Source: Kondoa subrosea (Eukaryota). From it: a stretch of 64,000 nucleotides of DNA. The translations under genes were made by a program, and so were the position numbers. Under the pieces are notes generated by a model. The model saw only the letters and a program-made list of their open reading frames with translations. It was not told where the DNA came from and did not search any database. The DNA is taken from positions 920,925 to 984,924 of the forward strand of contig BCIN01000004.1 of the NCBI GenBank assembly GCA_039545335.1, read 5' to 3'. Positions 25,571-39,398 of the stretch are shown here, in pieces; position 1 is the first letter of the stretch, and each line of letters begins with the position of its first letter.

Positions 25571-28380
25571 ATGGTCAAATCAACAGCTCAAGCAACTCTC
25601 GATGGGTGAGCCTCTCTCTCTTCTTCACTCGTTGCCTTTTGAGCATACTCATACTAAACCAATATGACGAAGGTTTGCTGGAACTTCGCCTGCTAAAGGA
25701 ACTAAACGACAATCGGACGGTCAAGCGGTTTACGAAGCACCTGCAGCTAAACGTACTAAAACCACAAGTGCAAGTACAAGTGCATCGACCTCCAGCGATA
25801 GAGTGTCAAGAGGAATCAAGAATGCTAAAGGAGATTTGGGAGATAAAGCTACTGCGAATGAATTGGCTGAAATGGATGAAACACCTTATGATGAGTTGTT
25901 GAGGACCATCGATGAAGGTAGTAAAGCAAAGATCCAACCTGAAGGAGATGTCGTGGTTCAGTATGCTTCTTCTACTCGTTTTAGCATCGACATTGATCTG
26001 ATTGTTTGATAGCTGGATGAGGATGAAGGACTTGCGAATCCAGGTAGGGAATTCTTGCTGATTCACTGTCAATATCTTGATGTGGTGATGTAGGACAATC
26101 GAGGACTTTCTCACGCTTCAGCTCAAGCTAAATTGACCAACAAAGCACTCATGGTACTCTTCACTCTTTCACCCAATGACTACAAAGCTCATCATCGAGC
26201 ACCTCGTCGTATCGACTTCCTTCTGCGTAATCTACACGTCTTGCAAAAGGAATTGGATGAACTCAACATTCCTTTGCACGTCGTTTCCCTTGCTCCGAGA
26301 AAGACGATTCCGGAAAAAGTGGTTGAACTCTTGAAAGAAATTGGAGCAAGTCACATTTACGGCAATATCGAACATGAAGTAGATGAAGCTAGACAATTGA
26401 CCAAAACTTATCTTTTAGCAAAAGAAGCCAAAATTCAAGCTCATTTCGTTCATGATCAAAACATTGTTCCACCTGGTCAATTGAATACTAAACAAGGCAA
26501 ACCTTACTCTGTTTATTCACCTTGGTATAAAAGCTGGTCTGCAAAGATTTTAGCTGATCCCGGTACTTATTTGGATGAAGCTGCTTTACCTGAAGCAAAT
26601 GATGAACTAGTCCGAAAACATCCTAGTCAGTTTCTCTGACCCCTACTTGTGAAATTCACAGCGCTCTGTACTAATAGAGGTATTCGCGAACAGAGATTGG
26701 CTCATTCTTTCAAACTGAAATCCCAACTTCTTTACCCGGTTTTGAATTACCTGAAGAAGACGCAAAGAATATGGCTCAACTTTGGCCAGCAGGTCATAAA
26801 GCTGCAGAAGCTTCTTTGAACAAGTTTGTTAAAGCTAAAGAAGAAATGGTGGAAGCGAAAAAAGATCCTAAGAAGGGAGGGAAAGAAGAACACCAGATGG
26901 CTGATGATGGGAAGAAAGTTTTAATCAATGGTTATTCTGATGGAAGGAGCAGAACTGATCAACCTAACACAAGTCGGATTTCGTGAGCCGCGATTCCTGG
27001 GAACATGTTTCTAGAAAACTGATGTGTTATTCATATAGACCTTACCTTTCTGCTGGTGTTATTTCAGTCAGGCAATGCGTTCGAGCTACGCTTCTACTCA
27101 GCAACAACAAGCTCAACACGGACAAGAAGTCATCTATCGGCACTTGGATCAGTGAAGTAGCGTGCGTTTGCAAATTCCTTGCTGACCTTTTGGTTCATCT
27201 GTTGATATATTCTCGTTCTTTTCGACAGCTGGAGAGACTTTTACTCTCATGTTCTCGCTCAATTCCCTCGCGTTTGTATGGGACATGCCTTTGTTACCAA
27301 ATACGATGCAGTGGTATGGGAACCTGCCGATGATGGCAAGTTGCAAGCTTGGAAAGATGGGAAAACTGGTTATCCTTTTGTTGATGCTGGCATTCGTCAG
27401 ATGAAGCTTGAAGGGTAAGTGACTGTTTCCTTCGTATGTATGAATTGTTTCCTTAGCAGGTTCTCTGCTTTAGATGGATGCATAGTGAGCCAAAGCTGCT
27501 ATCTTAGCGGGTCTCGCTGACCGCTCTTTTCTCGCCGTAGATCGAGCAAGGGTGAGTCTGCTGTCCGTGTACTTCAGCACGCGGGCTGAACAATGGTATT
27601 GTTGTGCAGATGAATGTTGCTTCCTTCTTGACGAAGCACTTGATGCTGGATTGGCGTTTGGGAGAACGCGTCTTGTGAGCCTCCTCACTGTCAACATGTA
27701 ATTCGCTCATGGGTGTAATTTTTAACTGCCGCAGCATGGAAGAACTACTGGATGGCGATTGTACGTTGATACTTCTGCTTCTAATTGTACTCCCATCTGA
27801 TACGTTAGTACCAGTCGGCGCAAACAAGTCAGTCACGTTGTGATCGTCGCTAATCTTCATCTCATGCTTTCTTCCTGTTTAGCGGAGGATGGCAATGTGA
27901 GTGACCTCGAAGACATGTCATGGTCTTAATTTGACTTTTGGCTTTGTTCTGCAGGGTGCTCTAGTACCGGGAACGATCCACAGCCGTATTTTAGAGTGTT
28001 CAATCCAACTTCGCAATCTGAGAAGTTTGTAAGTACTTGTTGTTCACCTGGTATGAGACTGTCATTGATTGTCGTCTATGTCTAGGACCCGGATGGAGCA
28101 TATATTAAGCGATATGTTCCTGAGCTAGCTAAGCTGTCTGGCAAAGGTGGGCTCGTTCTCATCTTGTCGAATTCGCTAAATTTCTTATGTTAGCTGTTCA
28201 CGAACCATCAAAACATAAGTCGAAAGCAGAACTAGCAAAGCTCGGCTACCCTATGCCAATCGTTGAGCATACCTTTGCCCGCAAGGTCAGCTGCTTCCTA
28301 CCTCTGAGATTGTCAGCTCATGTCTGTTACAGCGTGCCATCGCTCGTTATAAGAATCCAGGTGAAGCGATCGACGAATAG
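25571..28380 (+). CDS. PHR1: Class I CPD DNA photolyase
   Basis: Motifs WMRMKDLRI, YSVYSPWYKSW, TSRISPYLSAG, WRDFY, WKDGKTGYPFVDAGIRQ, GWMHNRARM, DGDFGANNGGWQW, YFRVFNP. WMHNR.RM marks class I CPD rather than 6-4 photolyase. Confidence 0.95.
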
Positions 28381-28518
28381 CTGTCAATATAGGAGTATAA
28401 TCGTGATTTGAATGGATGTGCTGTATATGTTCGTATGACTATGCTAAACTTTGTGTACAAAAGGGCGAGAATTATGTTACAAAATGACTAAACAATGCAA
28501 GAGATAATATACCATGGT

Positions 28519-30990
28519 TTACTTGACTATGACTAGATTCTGTTGACTTGTCATGCGGGATCGCTTCTTCAGTTTGCTAGCGAAACTTGATTGCTCTTTG
28601 AGTGCTGTAGGTGGCAGAAGAAGTTCCGAAGGACATCCGCAGCTGAGAAGGTATTAGCTTGGTTTCGACCATCACGGAGAAGCTGCTACTCACTTTCGAG
28701 GTGCTAGATCAGCGCAGACCTTAACGTGAACCTTGTAGGAGCAATCATCGCATGACCTGAACAAGACTATAAGCTTCTTTCCTATGTTGGAGGAAGCAGA
28801 TCTCACATGTAAGGCTTCATCCAACCAAAGGACTTGTCACAGAAGTCACACTTACCCTCATTCTTGCCCTTCTTCCCGCCTAAAGCACCAGGATCCAAGC
28901 TCTTCCTTCGATCAGCAGGTGTGGCAGATTTGCTTGTCAGACCTTCAGCGGTAGAGACTCTTCTGTTCGCCTTGAGCTCTTTAGCAGCTGTAGCAGGAGT
29001 ATGAGTCCAGAAGAGTTTCCAACCAGGTTTGACCAAGGTGAACCGATGTAAAGTGTTGTCGAATCGAGAGGAAGCTGGGAAGTAGTGATCGTCTTCTTCT
29101 GCTCCTTCAGCTTTGACCATTTCGTAACTCTCGTCTTCTCCCCCATTGACTGTTGCTGCAGCAACCGAAGGTGTCGAGGTACGAGCAGTCATGAAACTTG
29201 CTGTGGTCGCATCTGGAGTTGAGACATCGAGTTCTGGTGTATTAGGAGCACTTGAATCTTCATCTGAACTTGAGGCTGGAACCAAAACCTCTTGTCCTTC
29301 CTTGGCTTCAGTCTTTTCTCGCTCATGAGCAGCGACTTGTTCCGGTGATCTGAGTGTATTGGCAATTTCAGAAGGAACAGTCGCAAGCCAAGAGCTGGGA
29401 ATAGAAGGAATACCAGAAGAAGCTGATGAAGGTATTTGCATGTGACCAGCTCCGACAGGCTTGACAGCACGAATAGTAGCAACGGAAGAAGTTGTAGAAT
29501 GATTGCTGATTCGGGAAGAACGACTGATAACTGAAGTAGAATAACGTGGCGCGTCACCAGCGGTCGCTGGCGCATCATCATGTCCTCCAGCGATCTTGAC
29601 ATCTTCCAATGCTTTCAACACATCTTCAACAGCTTCATCACTCGAATCTGAGCTGTCTGAGTTTTCGTTTGCTGGTACTTTGACTCGACCTTCAAAGGAT
29701 GGAATACGACCTGGACCTGCTGGACGAGCGAGTTGTTTCTTAGTTTTGAGACCTCCACCAAAGTTCATACTACCGATGTTATAAGCTTTGGCAGCAGGAT
29801 CCGTGATAGTGCGATTATCGGTTTCCAAAACATCCTTTTCGATAATCCGAAGTTGATTCAACACAGTGCGGATAGTGGGTCGCTCAGCTCCTTCAGGTTC
29901 GCAACAGTGAAGTGCTAGAGCGATGAAAGAGGAAGGACAGCCTTCGGATGCTTCTGAGCGTAATTCATCAGCGTTGATTCCGAAAGAAGGCATTTCTCGC
30001 TTGAGGAATTCTCCATCTACAAGTCGTCGGGATAAGATCTCGCAGAAAATTATCCCTGGAAGTTTGAGTCAGATGTGTCGCTGGACGGCTGCTCATTGAT
30101 AAGACTCACCAAGAGAAAAGATGTCTGTTTCCAAGCCAAAGTCCAAGCCCATCAGAATCTCAGCTGTAGCAAAACGTCAGCTAGATTTTGGTGGAAGCAT
30201 ATGTATACTGACGTGACATATAGCCATCCTGATAAGTTGTTCAGCGACAGTCACGACCTTTGTGAGAAAGATGCTCACTGTCCCGCAATAGCTTATGCGT
30301 TTCATTTCCTCTTCATTCTTGGCTGCTATCCTAGCAAAGCTGGTGATAGCTTCTTCAGCTTAATAGCCTCAATAGAACTTTACCGAAACTCACCCAAAAT
30401 CGCAGACCTTGATTCGATGATTATCTGTAATCAACAGATTCTCTCCCTTCAGATCCCTATGCATGCATTGTCGAGCGTGCATGTATGCTACAGCTCTTGC
30501 AACATCAATAGCAAACGATAAGCGAAGTCGCCATGGAAAAGGTAAACTTCTTGAAGCGATATAAGACCGGAGATTGCCTCTAGTCAAGAATTCGGATATG
30601 ATGAGAATACGTTGACCTTTGGGTTGAGGTTTGGATTTATCAAAGCTAAGAGGAGGTAAAGCTGGAACTGGTGGAGCTAGACAAAGACCCAAGTATTGAA
30701 CAACGTTTGGATGTCTTGATTCTTGCATGATCTGAATCTCTCGAGCCAGGTACTTTTGCATATCGTATTCATCTGAAGGTAGAACTTCTTTGATAGCTAC
30801 TTCTAAGCTCAAGTATTCTCCTTTCTATAGCAATCCGAAACACTAAGCTCAAGCCACAAACTGCTACTAGAAGAACTGCACTCACGTAAACTGATCCAAA
30901 TGAGCCCTTTCCTATGCGTGCCCATGTATGTTCTGGTGACAGATCACCATAGGGTATAACGTCAAAGCGTCCAGATTCAGCATTAGCCAT
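28519..30990 (-). CDS. TKL-group LIMK/TESK (LISK)-like protein kinase with C-terminal C1-like Cys/His domain
   Basis: IGKGSFGSVY, VAIK, HPNVVQYLG, HRDLKGENLLITDN.RIKVCDFG, YCGT.GYMSPE. Tail CDFCDK...CDDC.YKVH..C....P..C. Confidence 0.9.
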
Positions 30991-32036
30991 ATTTGCAGTA
31001 AGTGAGGGTTATAAAGGAGTGTGGTGTGATAGAGGTAAGGTCAGTAGAGCACTTGTGTGCAGTTCTAGCAATTGAAAGATTCGTGGCTCTAAGGATAGGC
31101 TAGTAGATCACAGCAAGGTGTTGTATGCGGTTGGACCAAATCGCAATAGCTTGAACAGGGGATCGCGTGCAGAGGTGTAGAAGTATGAAAGTGAAGGTAG
31201 TATGAGAAGAAGAAGAGCCAGGTCGGCCCTCGCTGGAAATCTTAGCAAACCAACCTCCTGTTATGTCAGGCGTGGAAACACGAAGTATTCTTCTATTGAG
31301 CGTCATTGTATAGCGTGGATTGTCAATCATGAGCACATATGCCACAGAGCCCGGCATGGCAGACGCGAGAAAAGAGTGCTGTCTCCCTCAAACATCGAAC
31401 TTCGAAAGTCGAACAATCATTAATCACCGTTGCAAGTGTCTCCCGCTGCACAGCTGCGCAACTCCTAAAAGTACTATCGCTGCAGTGCAGCATTGCTTAG
31501 AAGAGCGGAGAGCTGTCCAAGTTTGATAGTCAATCGAATTTCTCGCGGAATATGCAACTGTTTGTTGGCGATTCATAGTCCTCGAATCGCCTGATTTATA
31601 TCTGTATCGTCTGTTCATCCTCGTATTAATCTCCCTCGACGCGTTCGAGCTGCTTTTCGCGTTCTTCCGTTCTGCTTCGCACCCATCTCGCTCACCCGAG
31701 ATCTTCTGCATGTCTAAATAAAGCTGCTATCCTTCTGCCATAATGTCGATTGCGGGTTGCAACTAACGCCGCCAACGAGGTGCGCAATACCACTTGGAAA
31801 TGAATCGATCTGAATGGTCAGTCTTGTAGTACCCTCATGACTGTTGCCATTTCAATATATGCCTGGTCTCCTCCTTTTCATATAGCATGCTTCATCTCCA
31901 CTATCAGTCTATTTGCATTATGGATCGAACTACTTAGTGCCTGTTCCCATTCCCTTAAGCCATTAGTGCACATTCCAGTTGTACTCCTTTTGCCAGACAC
32001 AAGCTCAACTTCAGAGCTCTAATCGTATTCGACCAT

Positions 32037-34064
32037 ATGGACGTGTTTCTGGAGATTGCAAAGGAAGTCGCTGCTCTACCGCCAGGTCAGTCGTCAATTC
32101 CACACCCCTGTCAATTAGCTTACAACCGCTTTGTCAGATGTCAATCCTTACACTTTCTTCGCGCAGCAATTGAGAGCTAGAGCTGTGTGAGCCTTTTCTC
32201 CTTCCACAATGATACGATTCTGATGTACGCGTCCAGGATTCATTTGTACGCGTCACGATCGTGAAAGGCATAATATATGCTAACGTTGGAGCCACAGTCC
32301 GAATTACTTTCCTGGCGCAAGCTACGCCTGTACAGCTATCGCAAGTATTGGACTAATCTGTACTTCTTTGGCTATTGGGATCAAGCTGTCAAACGGAGGC
32401 AATTGGCTATGGTCTGCAAAACAGACATCACAGGGAACATTGAGAGCGCCTAATACTTCAGTGAGTCTGACCTTTCTCGGACTTGCTTTCACTCTGTTTA
32501 GTTGTTAGTTACTTGTCCTGTTCGGCTGTTTCACAAGTTTCACATCAAGTATCGCATGTCTGCAATTCTTGAGAGTCGGCTTCTATCAATATAGCGGAAT
32601 ATGTGCTTCTTTGGCTGTGTTTAGTCAGGCATTTCCATGGCTTTGGTCAGTTTATCATCCCTTGTTCACAAGGATCGTACTAAATATATCAGCAGTTGCA
32701 TTCTTATTACCTGGTGAGCTGATTTTAGAGCCAATACTGTATCCTGCTAACTCTTTAGCGAAGGTCACAACTGTGGTGTAAGCGAGTCTGTGCATATGGG
32801 AGTGCCCAGCTAATTCTATTTACAGCGATGGCGGCATCTCTTTACCTTCATTACGCCAGTAGAACTACACATGGAGCAGTGCGATTCCTGAAGGCTTTCA
32901 AACCTCTCTACTTCACTCTTTTTGCGGCTCTCCTGTACCCAATCAATATTCTTACAACCTTGCCAGTCTTTGCATACACGGCATACCTAATTAGTGTGAC
33001 ATACAAACAATACCTCGACTTCGATATTCAAATGGATGGGTTGGCAAAGAATTGGACTACGGGCGAGAAGTTTCAAATTACGGGGCAGCCTTGGTTAATA
33101 CCAATGGCAAATTCTGCGTAGGTGATCTTTTGGCATATCAATGAGGATTTGGCTTACCTTCGTACAAATAGCGCTTCGCTAGAGAAATCACTTGTATGGG
33201 TCGCAAAGGCTTTCACCATGCATACCACGTATCTCTCTTTTGTCCTTATACTCTTCCTTCCCATTGGTTTCTTGTATGGAAAGATGCTTAGGTATGCTCC
33301 TGTTCTGGCATCCTGCCATGATCTCAGCAACGCTGCTTTAGAACTCAAATCAAGAGTTTGACGCGAACAACCGAAAATTCGAAAGCGTCAAAAGAATCGA
33401 TAGTTCGGAATTATAGTCAAGTACAACAAGCTTATCGTCTTCTTCTGGTGGAAGCAGTCATCATTGTCGCTTTGGCTTTCCTCTTCATCGGCTTGTGTCT
33501 TTGGGTCGTAATAGATCGTCATTCGGCAAGCTTTTCCACTTTCCCGTGTGCTCATTTGCTGATAGGTCAATTCAGGCGTTGTACAATTCTGTTCATTTGG
33601 CTATCATCTACACACTCGCCTTCTTCGTCGCTCTAATTGCAGAGACAGCTTTGGCATTCTTGCTGCTGTGCCGCACGCTCTCGCCGATCTTGCGACGTAG
33701 AAAGAAGAAGACTGGTAGAGATCTGATAGACGGCGTAATTGTCTCAGTATGTCTTCTCCTTTGCATATCATGCGATGCTGATGATGGGATTCCCGCTGTA
33801 GATGGAAGTCCATGTGGAGATTGATGAAGCTGTTGACGAAAACGCTAGACCGATGCAATATGTGTAAGTCTTCTTGACCCAGCTATCAGCTCTCTCTCTC
33901 TAACGAGACTCAACAGTCTCGCTGTATACAAAGCAAGATATTCACAAGATCTGGCCGAGCAGTATCGTGATCAGTTCCGCACAACAATAGCTTTCTCCGA
34001 TGTTGAGCTCAAGGACAAGCCAGAGGTCGTTACGCAGTGGGAGCCACAGCAACTCAAATACTAG
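32037..34064 (+). CDS. Multi-pass (possibly 7TM) membrane protein of unknown function
   Basis: Many exons with successive hydrophobic segments (ICASLAVFSQAFPWLW, LYFTLFAALLYPINIL, YLSFVLILFLPIGFLY, AVIIVALAFLFIGLCLWV, LAIIYTLAFFVALIA). Stop at 34064. Confidence 0.65.
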
Positions 34065-34323
34065 GGACTGGATGGAACGCGGCCGTCTGTGCAAGAGTAT
34101 ATAGCTGGGCTATGTTTCTTAGGTATCACTTCAGTACATCATCTATGTTCATGCTGTTGAGTACTCTATAATAATACATATTCACGGAGATATCTCTATA
34201 CGTTCTTGAAGTCCTTCTCGCTCTCGCTAATTCATGCCGTGGTAAACCTCTTAGAAATCTTCGATATTGCAAATTCGTAGGCAGTGGCACCTCACTTGCC
34301 ACTGATTGATGTCGCACGAGTGG

Positions 34324-35752
34324 TCATTGCGTACGGGAATACGAGATAGAAGCACGCGAGTATTCTTGAGATTGGTGGGAATCGCTAGACCACAAACCGT
34401 TCCCTTGGTCATCGGGTTGGATGTGTGCCGAAGATTGATCAGTAGTGCTTGGCGCGAGTGCCGCAGCGGCTTTCCTTGCTCGGCGAGCATAGTTGTACAT
34501 ATCATGCACCTCAGGGTCGCAGGCTGAATTCGAGAGATCAGCATTTAGGTTCATCAGGGCTGACGATCCGCTTACCGTAGAGCCTTGTCATCTCGTCGAA
34601 CATGGTCCCATAATCAATATCTCGAGACAGATAATCAATAGCAGCCGCTTCAATAATCTTCGACAAACAATCAAAATCGGCCCCGGCTGGTAAAGCAATA
34701 ATTGCAGCATGACTCACATCCAGATTAGCCGGTGATTTGTTCTGCTCATCAATGCACATCTGTTCCACGTCCCATTCGTCGGCTTTCCGCATCCTTTTAA
34801 GCAACCTGATCAGGCGAGTCATTTGCTCTTGTGGTTGAGGTTGAGATCCTGCCAGGTCGCTGATTGGAGGTGTAGATATGGAAGCCAGCGAGAGGTATTC
34901 CAATGGTTGGCCCACTTCTGTGTGTGATGGTGAAGTGTTTTCAGCAGAAGCTTGCCAGGTAGAAGGTTGCTCAGTAACCGCTTGCACATTTACGTCACGG
35001 TTGTAGACGATAGATTCTATTGAGGGTCGTGACGATTGCGTACTACTGATCGTCTCTTGCTGATGAGAGATATTTGGAAGAAGGGTTGGAGATGGTATGA
35101 AAGGATCGGCTGCCATTGGCGTTCGCGGGGGAAGAATGACGGGCGTATCATGAGCTTCAGAAAATGCAGAGGGAAGATATACAGGCCTTGCAGGTTGCAA
35201 ATTGTCAGATTGACTCAGTTCGGCGTTCGCTTCTTGAAGTTCATTGACTTTTTGTTTTAGCTTCAGATTCTCCTTCAGTAAATCAGCGATTTCGCCCTCT
35301 AGCTTCTTGGCGTATTGATCTTTCCGTTCCCTAGAGGCACGCTGAGAATCCCTATTTTGCTTCCTACGCCTGGCTTCCGCAGACAACGTATCAGTGGCTA
35401 CCTTTTTGCCTTTATTGTTATTAGCTTCACTATCCAATCTCTTGCGCTTGTCATTTGTTCGCCTAGATGATGAATCCGATTCGTCTGCAGGGCAGTGTCT
35501 AGCTGAAGACTGCGAAGCGTGGACAGAAGTACTCAGTCGCTGGTCTGTCCGCGAAGCTGATGTGGAGGAAGAGCTAGCGCTGTTGTAATTGGTATGAACT
35601 GAATTGTGGTCGTATGAGAGATTGAGAGAAGGTTGCTGAGAGGAAGAAGCTGATGGATGAATGCGTTCATTACTCCATCTGAGAAAAGCAGACCGTTAAT
35701 GAGTGATGTAGCAGACAAGATTACGGCGAGCGACTAACGAGCTGTGCGACAT
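34324..35752 (-). CDS. AP-1-like (Yap1/Pap1-type) bZIP transcription factor, copy A
   Basis: Basic region RRRKQNRDSQRASRERK plus leucine zipper. C-terminal WDVEQMC resembles the Yap1 Cys-rich domain. Short first exon MSHSS| (ATG at 35752); last exon ends at 34324. Confidence 0.85.
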
Positions 35753-36143
35753 CACGAGTTCACTACCAGTGACAGATTCAATGCAAATATAACGGCGGCC
35801 GAATGCACAAGCGGCAAGAGAGAGCGAGAGAGCAGGTTTAAATGAGGGATTGCTAGACTGCTAGCGTGCCATTGTAGCAGGGCTGTCCCCTAAAGATGCC
35901 GAAGGGCGAAGCTCGTTGTTTCCTTGATTCTTTTCGACTTTTGTCTCTTGTCAACGAAACAGCTCAAGCCAGATACGACAGCAGCAGAAAGAGTCGAAGG
36001 AGGTGCACCGACAAAGAGGTAGCAATTGGTGGTGATCAAGAGAGACCTTGGCCAAGGCTTGGGCTGACTTATCGCTATCTTCTGCTGACAAATCCCAAAA
36101 AAGTCAGATCGCGGCGGACGGCAGCTGGGACTGGACTCGAGAG

Positions 36144-36873
36144 ATGGACATGCTCAAGCGAAGTCTCCTTATTAGCCCAGACAAAGCAAATCCCGCTGGA
36201 TCCAGTCATTCTGAAACACATCATGGTCGACCGAGTGTCTCCCCTTTGCAAGCCTTACTGCTTTGCGCCATCACTCTTCTCGCGGATTATCAGCTCTCTA
36301 GCTTCTTCTCTTTTGCTTTCAACGAATTTCATCAGAGTAAGGACACTATTCAAGGCTTGAATGCAAACCTAGCCAATGTCTTTGACTGGTTTCTGTATCT
36401 GTGTCACCTGTGGATGGCTGTCGGGTGCTATGGCTTGGTTATCAGCATCATCTTTATCATTCTGGTATGTCTCTTCCTCTTCTTTCAAGTATTGTGACTG
36501 ATATATTATGTAGAATGACAGTCGAAAGCTATCTTCTCCCTATGCTCTGCATTGGCTATCAATACATCTTCGCCTACCTCTATACCTCGTCACACCTGCA
36601 TTAGCCATCTTTACTTCTCTCGTTCCTCTCGGCTCGATGCAAAGCGCCGCTCAAGCTCTTTACGATCTCATGCTGGTTAACGAACAAGATCCAGAAACAC
36701 GCAAAGATTATGAAGCAACGTTGATGAATGATTTACTCTACTATGCTCGATGGATTCTTCTTGGTTGCTGGGTCATCTTGATTGGCTGGATTGCATTCGC
36801 TACTCTGGTCAGTAAGATGGACAAAAGATCAAGAGATACCAAGGGAAGGGAGAAGAGCGAGTCTTTGGCTTGA
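36144..36873 (+). CDS. Small four-TM-like membrane protein, divergent from bZIP copy A
   Basis: ATG at 36144, intron 36465-36513, then continuous frame to TGA at 36873. About four hydrophobic stretches (ALLLCAITLL, WMAVGCYGLVISIIFIIL, LYLVTPALAIFTSLV, WILLGCWVILIGWIAFATLV). Confidence 0.7.
36173..36503 (+). repeat. Left arm of a ~330 bp dispersed inverted repeat (partner 52553-52876)
   Basis: Aligned by eye to the reverse complement of 52553-52876. Long exact runs include GCAAATCCCGCTGGATCCAGTCATTCTGAAACACAT and TCAGCTCTCTAGCTTCTTCTCTTTTGCTTTCAACGAAT. Confidence 0.95.
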
Positions 36874-37093
36874 GTCTATCCAGGCGGCGGCAGGAATTTG
36901 CGTAATTGGGCTTACATATACCTTTTCATCTGATCTATCGTCCATCGTGAATCCATCTATTATCAGCGATACGTGAAAATTCGTGAAGCAATCGCGAATG
37001 CACAGAGCCCAATCTGGAATAAATTAGTCTATTCGATACTAGTACAATGATAATCTCTTGCTGAAGTTTAACGATTGGTTATGTCTATTGGCT

Positions 37094-39398
37094 CTACTGT
37101 CTACCTCTACCTCCACCTCCACGGCCTCCTCTTTGCCCGCCTCCACCTCTCGCAACCTTTCCAGGAAGCTCAGCAACGACGTTGAAGAGTTTCCTATGAT
37201 CTCTGAAACCCATCTTCCCAATCGTTTGAGCCTGCATAGGGGGAGCTTTGCCATCTCCTTCTCCGACGTATTGACATGTCTCAAAGGCAAATACGTTGGC
37301 TGCTGCTATGAGTTCAGGAGCCGACCACTTGGTTGATTTGCCGAAACCTTTGTAGTCTTCAATCCGCAGCAGTAAGCAAGGTACGTGCAGTACAAAGGAG
37401 TAACTTACATCCTAGCCAGGCTCCGAAAGCTTGCCCTTTGGCTTCTTCCGGCACATTCGCCAATGCTTTCTTTATAGTAGCGGGATCAACTTCATATTGA
37501 GGTTGAGATTGGTATGGCTGAAGTGATAAAGTAGCAATAGCAGGTTTCTGGAGGAAGAAGCGTTCGAAAGGACACAGCAGCAAGATGCCTTTGCCCTCTG
37601 CTCCCGCACGAGCTGTTCGGCCCAACCGGTCTAGCAGAGCGACATTAGTAGGAAAGCATGTTTTGTCTTGTATGGCTCACGAATATATTGCTCTTCGTTG
37701 GCTGGCACACCAGCTTGTAGAACCAGAGTGACAAGAGCTGTAGATTGAAGCTCAGTCTGTAAATTCGTCTTGTTCGCACAGATCAACGTACGGAAGTCCA
37801 TTCCACGAGCAGTAACATCACTACTGACCAAGATTCCAGAGCTAGCTAACTTGAACGCATCTGCTGACTTGTTTCTTGCGCTTTGTGACATCCTCGAATG
37901 GATCTCCCAAACTGGCAAGCCCAATACTTTGCTGTCCAATGCAGAAAGCATATCGAAAACCAAGCCGGTAGATCGAGCGGTAGGCAAGAAGACCATGATT
38001 TTATTGTTCCTGGTGTTTGCTATCTCCTGCTTGAGTACTGATACGAGCGCAGTGTGGAAGTCAGGTAGCTCGGCAAAGACGATAGATTGAGACACATGTT
38101 CGTGTGTATTCTGCTCATCTTCTGCTATTGTCGAGACAAAAGTATGGTCTGGAGACAACGCAATGCGAGCGACCTGAAAGATGTGTTAGCTTAGATGGAA
38201 AGTCTCAAGAAGAGTAGTTACAGCTTGAACATCAGCAGGCAAAGTGGCCGAGAACAGCAGACTTTGTCGCTTTGTCTGTTTGCGATTAGGCAGGAGACTG
38301 CGACTGGTCTTAGGTACCTTGCACAGCTGACGTATCATTACCGCTCACCTAATGACTGCTTCTATGTCCTTCTTGAATCCAGAATCAAGCAATCGATCCG
38401 CTTCATCCAATACAAGTACTTTTAACTCTTGCAAACATTGCCTCAATCCAGCATTCTGCATATGGTCCAACAATCTACCAGGAGTCGCAACCAGTATTTG
38501 ACATTGGCCTCCTGTCAATCTCTTGATTTCTGAATTCGCACTATGGCAGTCAAGAAGTGTAGGAATGAGCGAACGGAGTTGCTACTGAAGAGACTCGTAC
38601 TTTGTTCCACCAGTCGCTATTTGAACTTTCATGTTCAGATGCTTGATGCAAGGCTCGGTTGCAGTAGCTATTTGAGCTGCGAGTTCCCTTGTTGGACTAA
38701 TGATTAGTGCTCCAATTTGACCTGGGCGGATTGGGTTGCTAAGCAAGTTCTGTATAGTAGGTAGCATGAACTATGAATACAATCAAGTGAGCCAAGGTAT
38801 GATAACCCGAAGATAGATCTAGACGGACAGCGAGCGTCTTGCCAGTACCTGTTTTAGCTTGCGCTAGTACATCACCGCCTTTCAAGATCACTGGAAGCGT
38901 TTGCGCTTGTACGTCCGTGCAGTTGGCAAAGGTAAAATTGATCGACTTGCTCAATACTTTGTATCACGGATAAAATGACTTCATAAGGACAGGTCTGTGA
39001 GAGAGGAGTTGCAAGGACGAACATCCTTGGTCGACAAAACTCTGAAACGTAGTATCAGATAAATGTTTCTGTAGAACAGGCGCAACAGAAGTAGATGTAT
39101 CGGAAGCAATAGGTGCAGAAGGAGCGACAGTATAAGATAGAGGTGTTGGAAAAGTTGATGCTGCTCTTTGCTGTTGGTGAGCTGGTATGCCTGCTCTTGC
39201 AGAACCCCGACCACGTCCTCTAGCTCGTCCAGATCCTCTTCCACCTCGACCAGGTGTTGCTTGCGTAGAAGTACTCATATGATTTGTTCTTTCTGCTGGC
39301 ATATGAAGGACAGCAAGGGAATCTCGTTGCGAGGGTATGCTGATCAGTCTGGGTATCGATTCTAATCTATTGAGAGTCGCTTGAGAGACTCTGAGCAT
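37094..39398 (-). CDS. MSS116: DEAD-box RNA helicase, MSS116-like
   Basis: Q motif [74 protein letters not shown]. Arg/Ser-rich N-terminus and RGG tail. Orthology to MSS116 is inferred. Confidence 0.85.
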
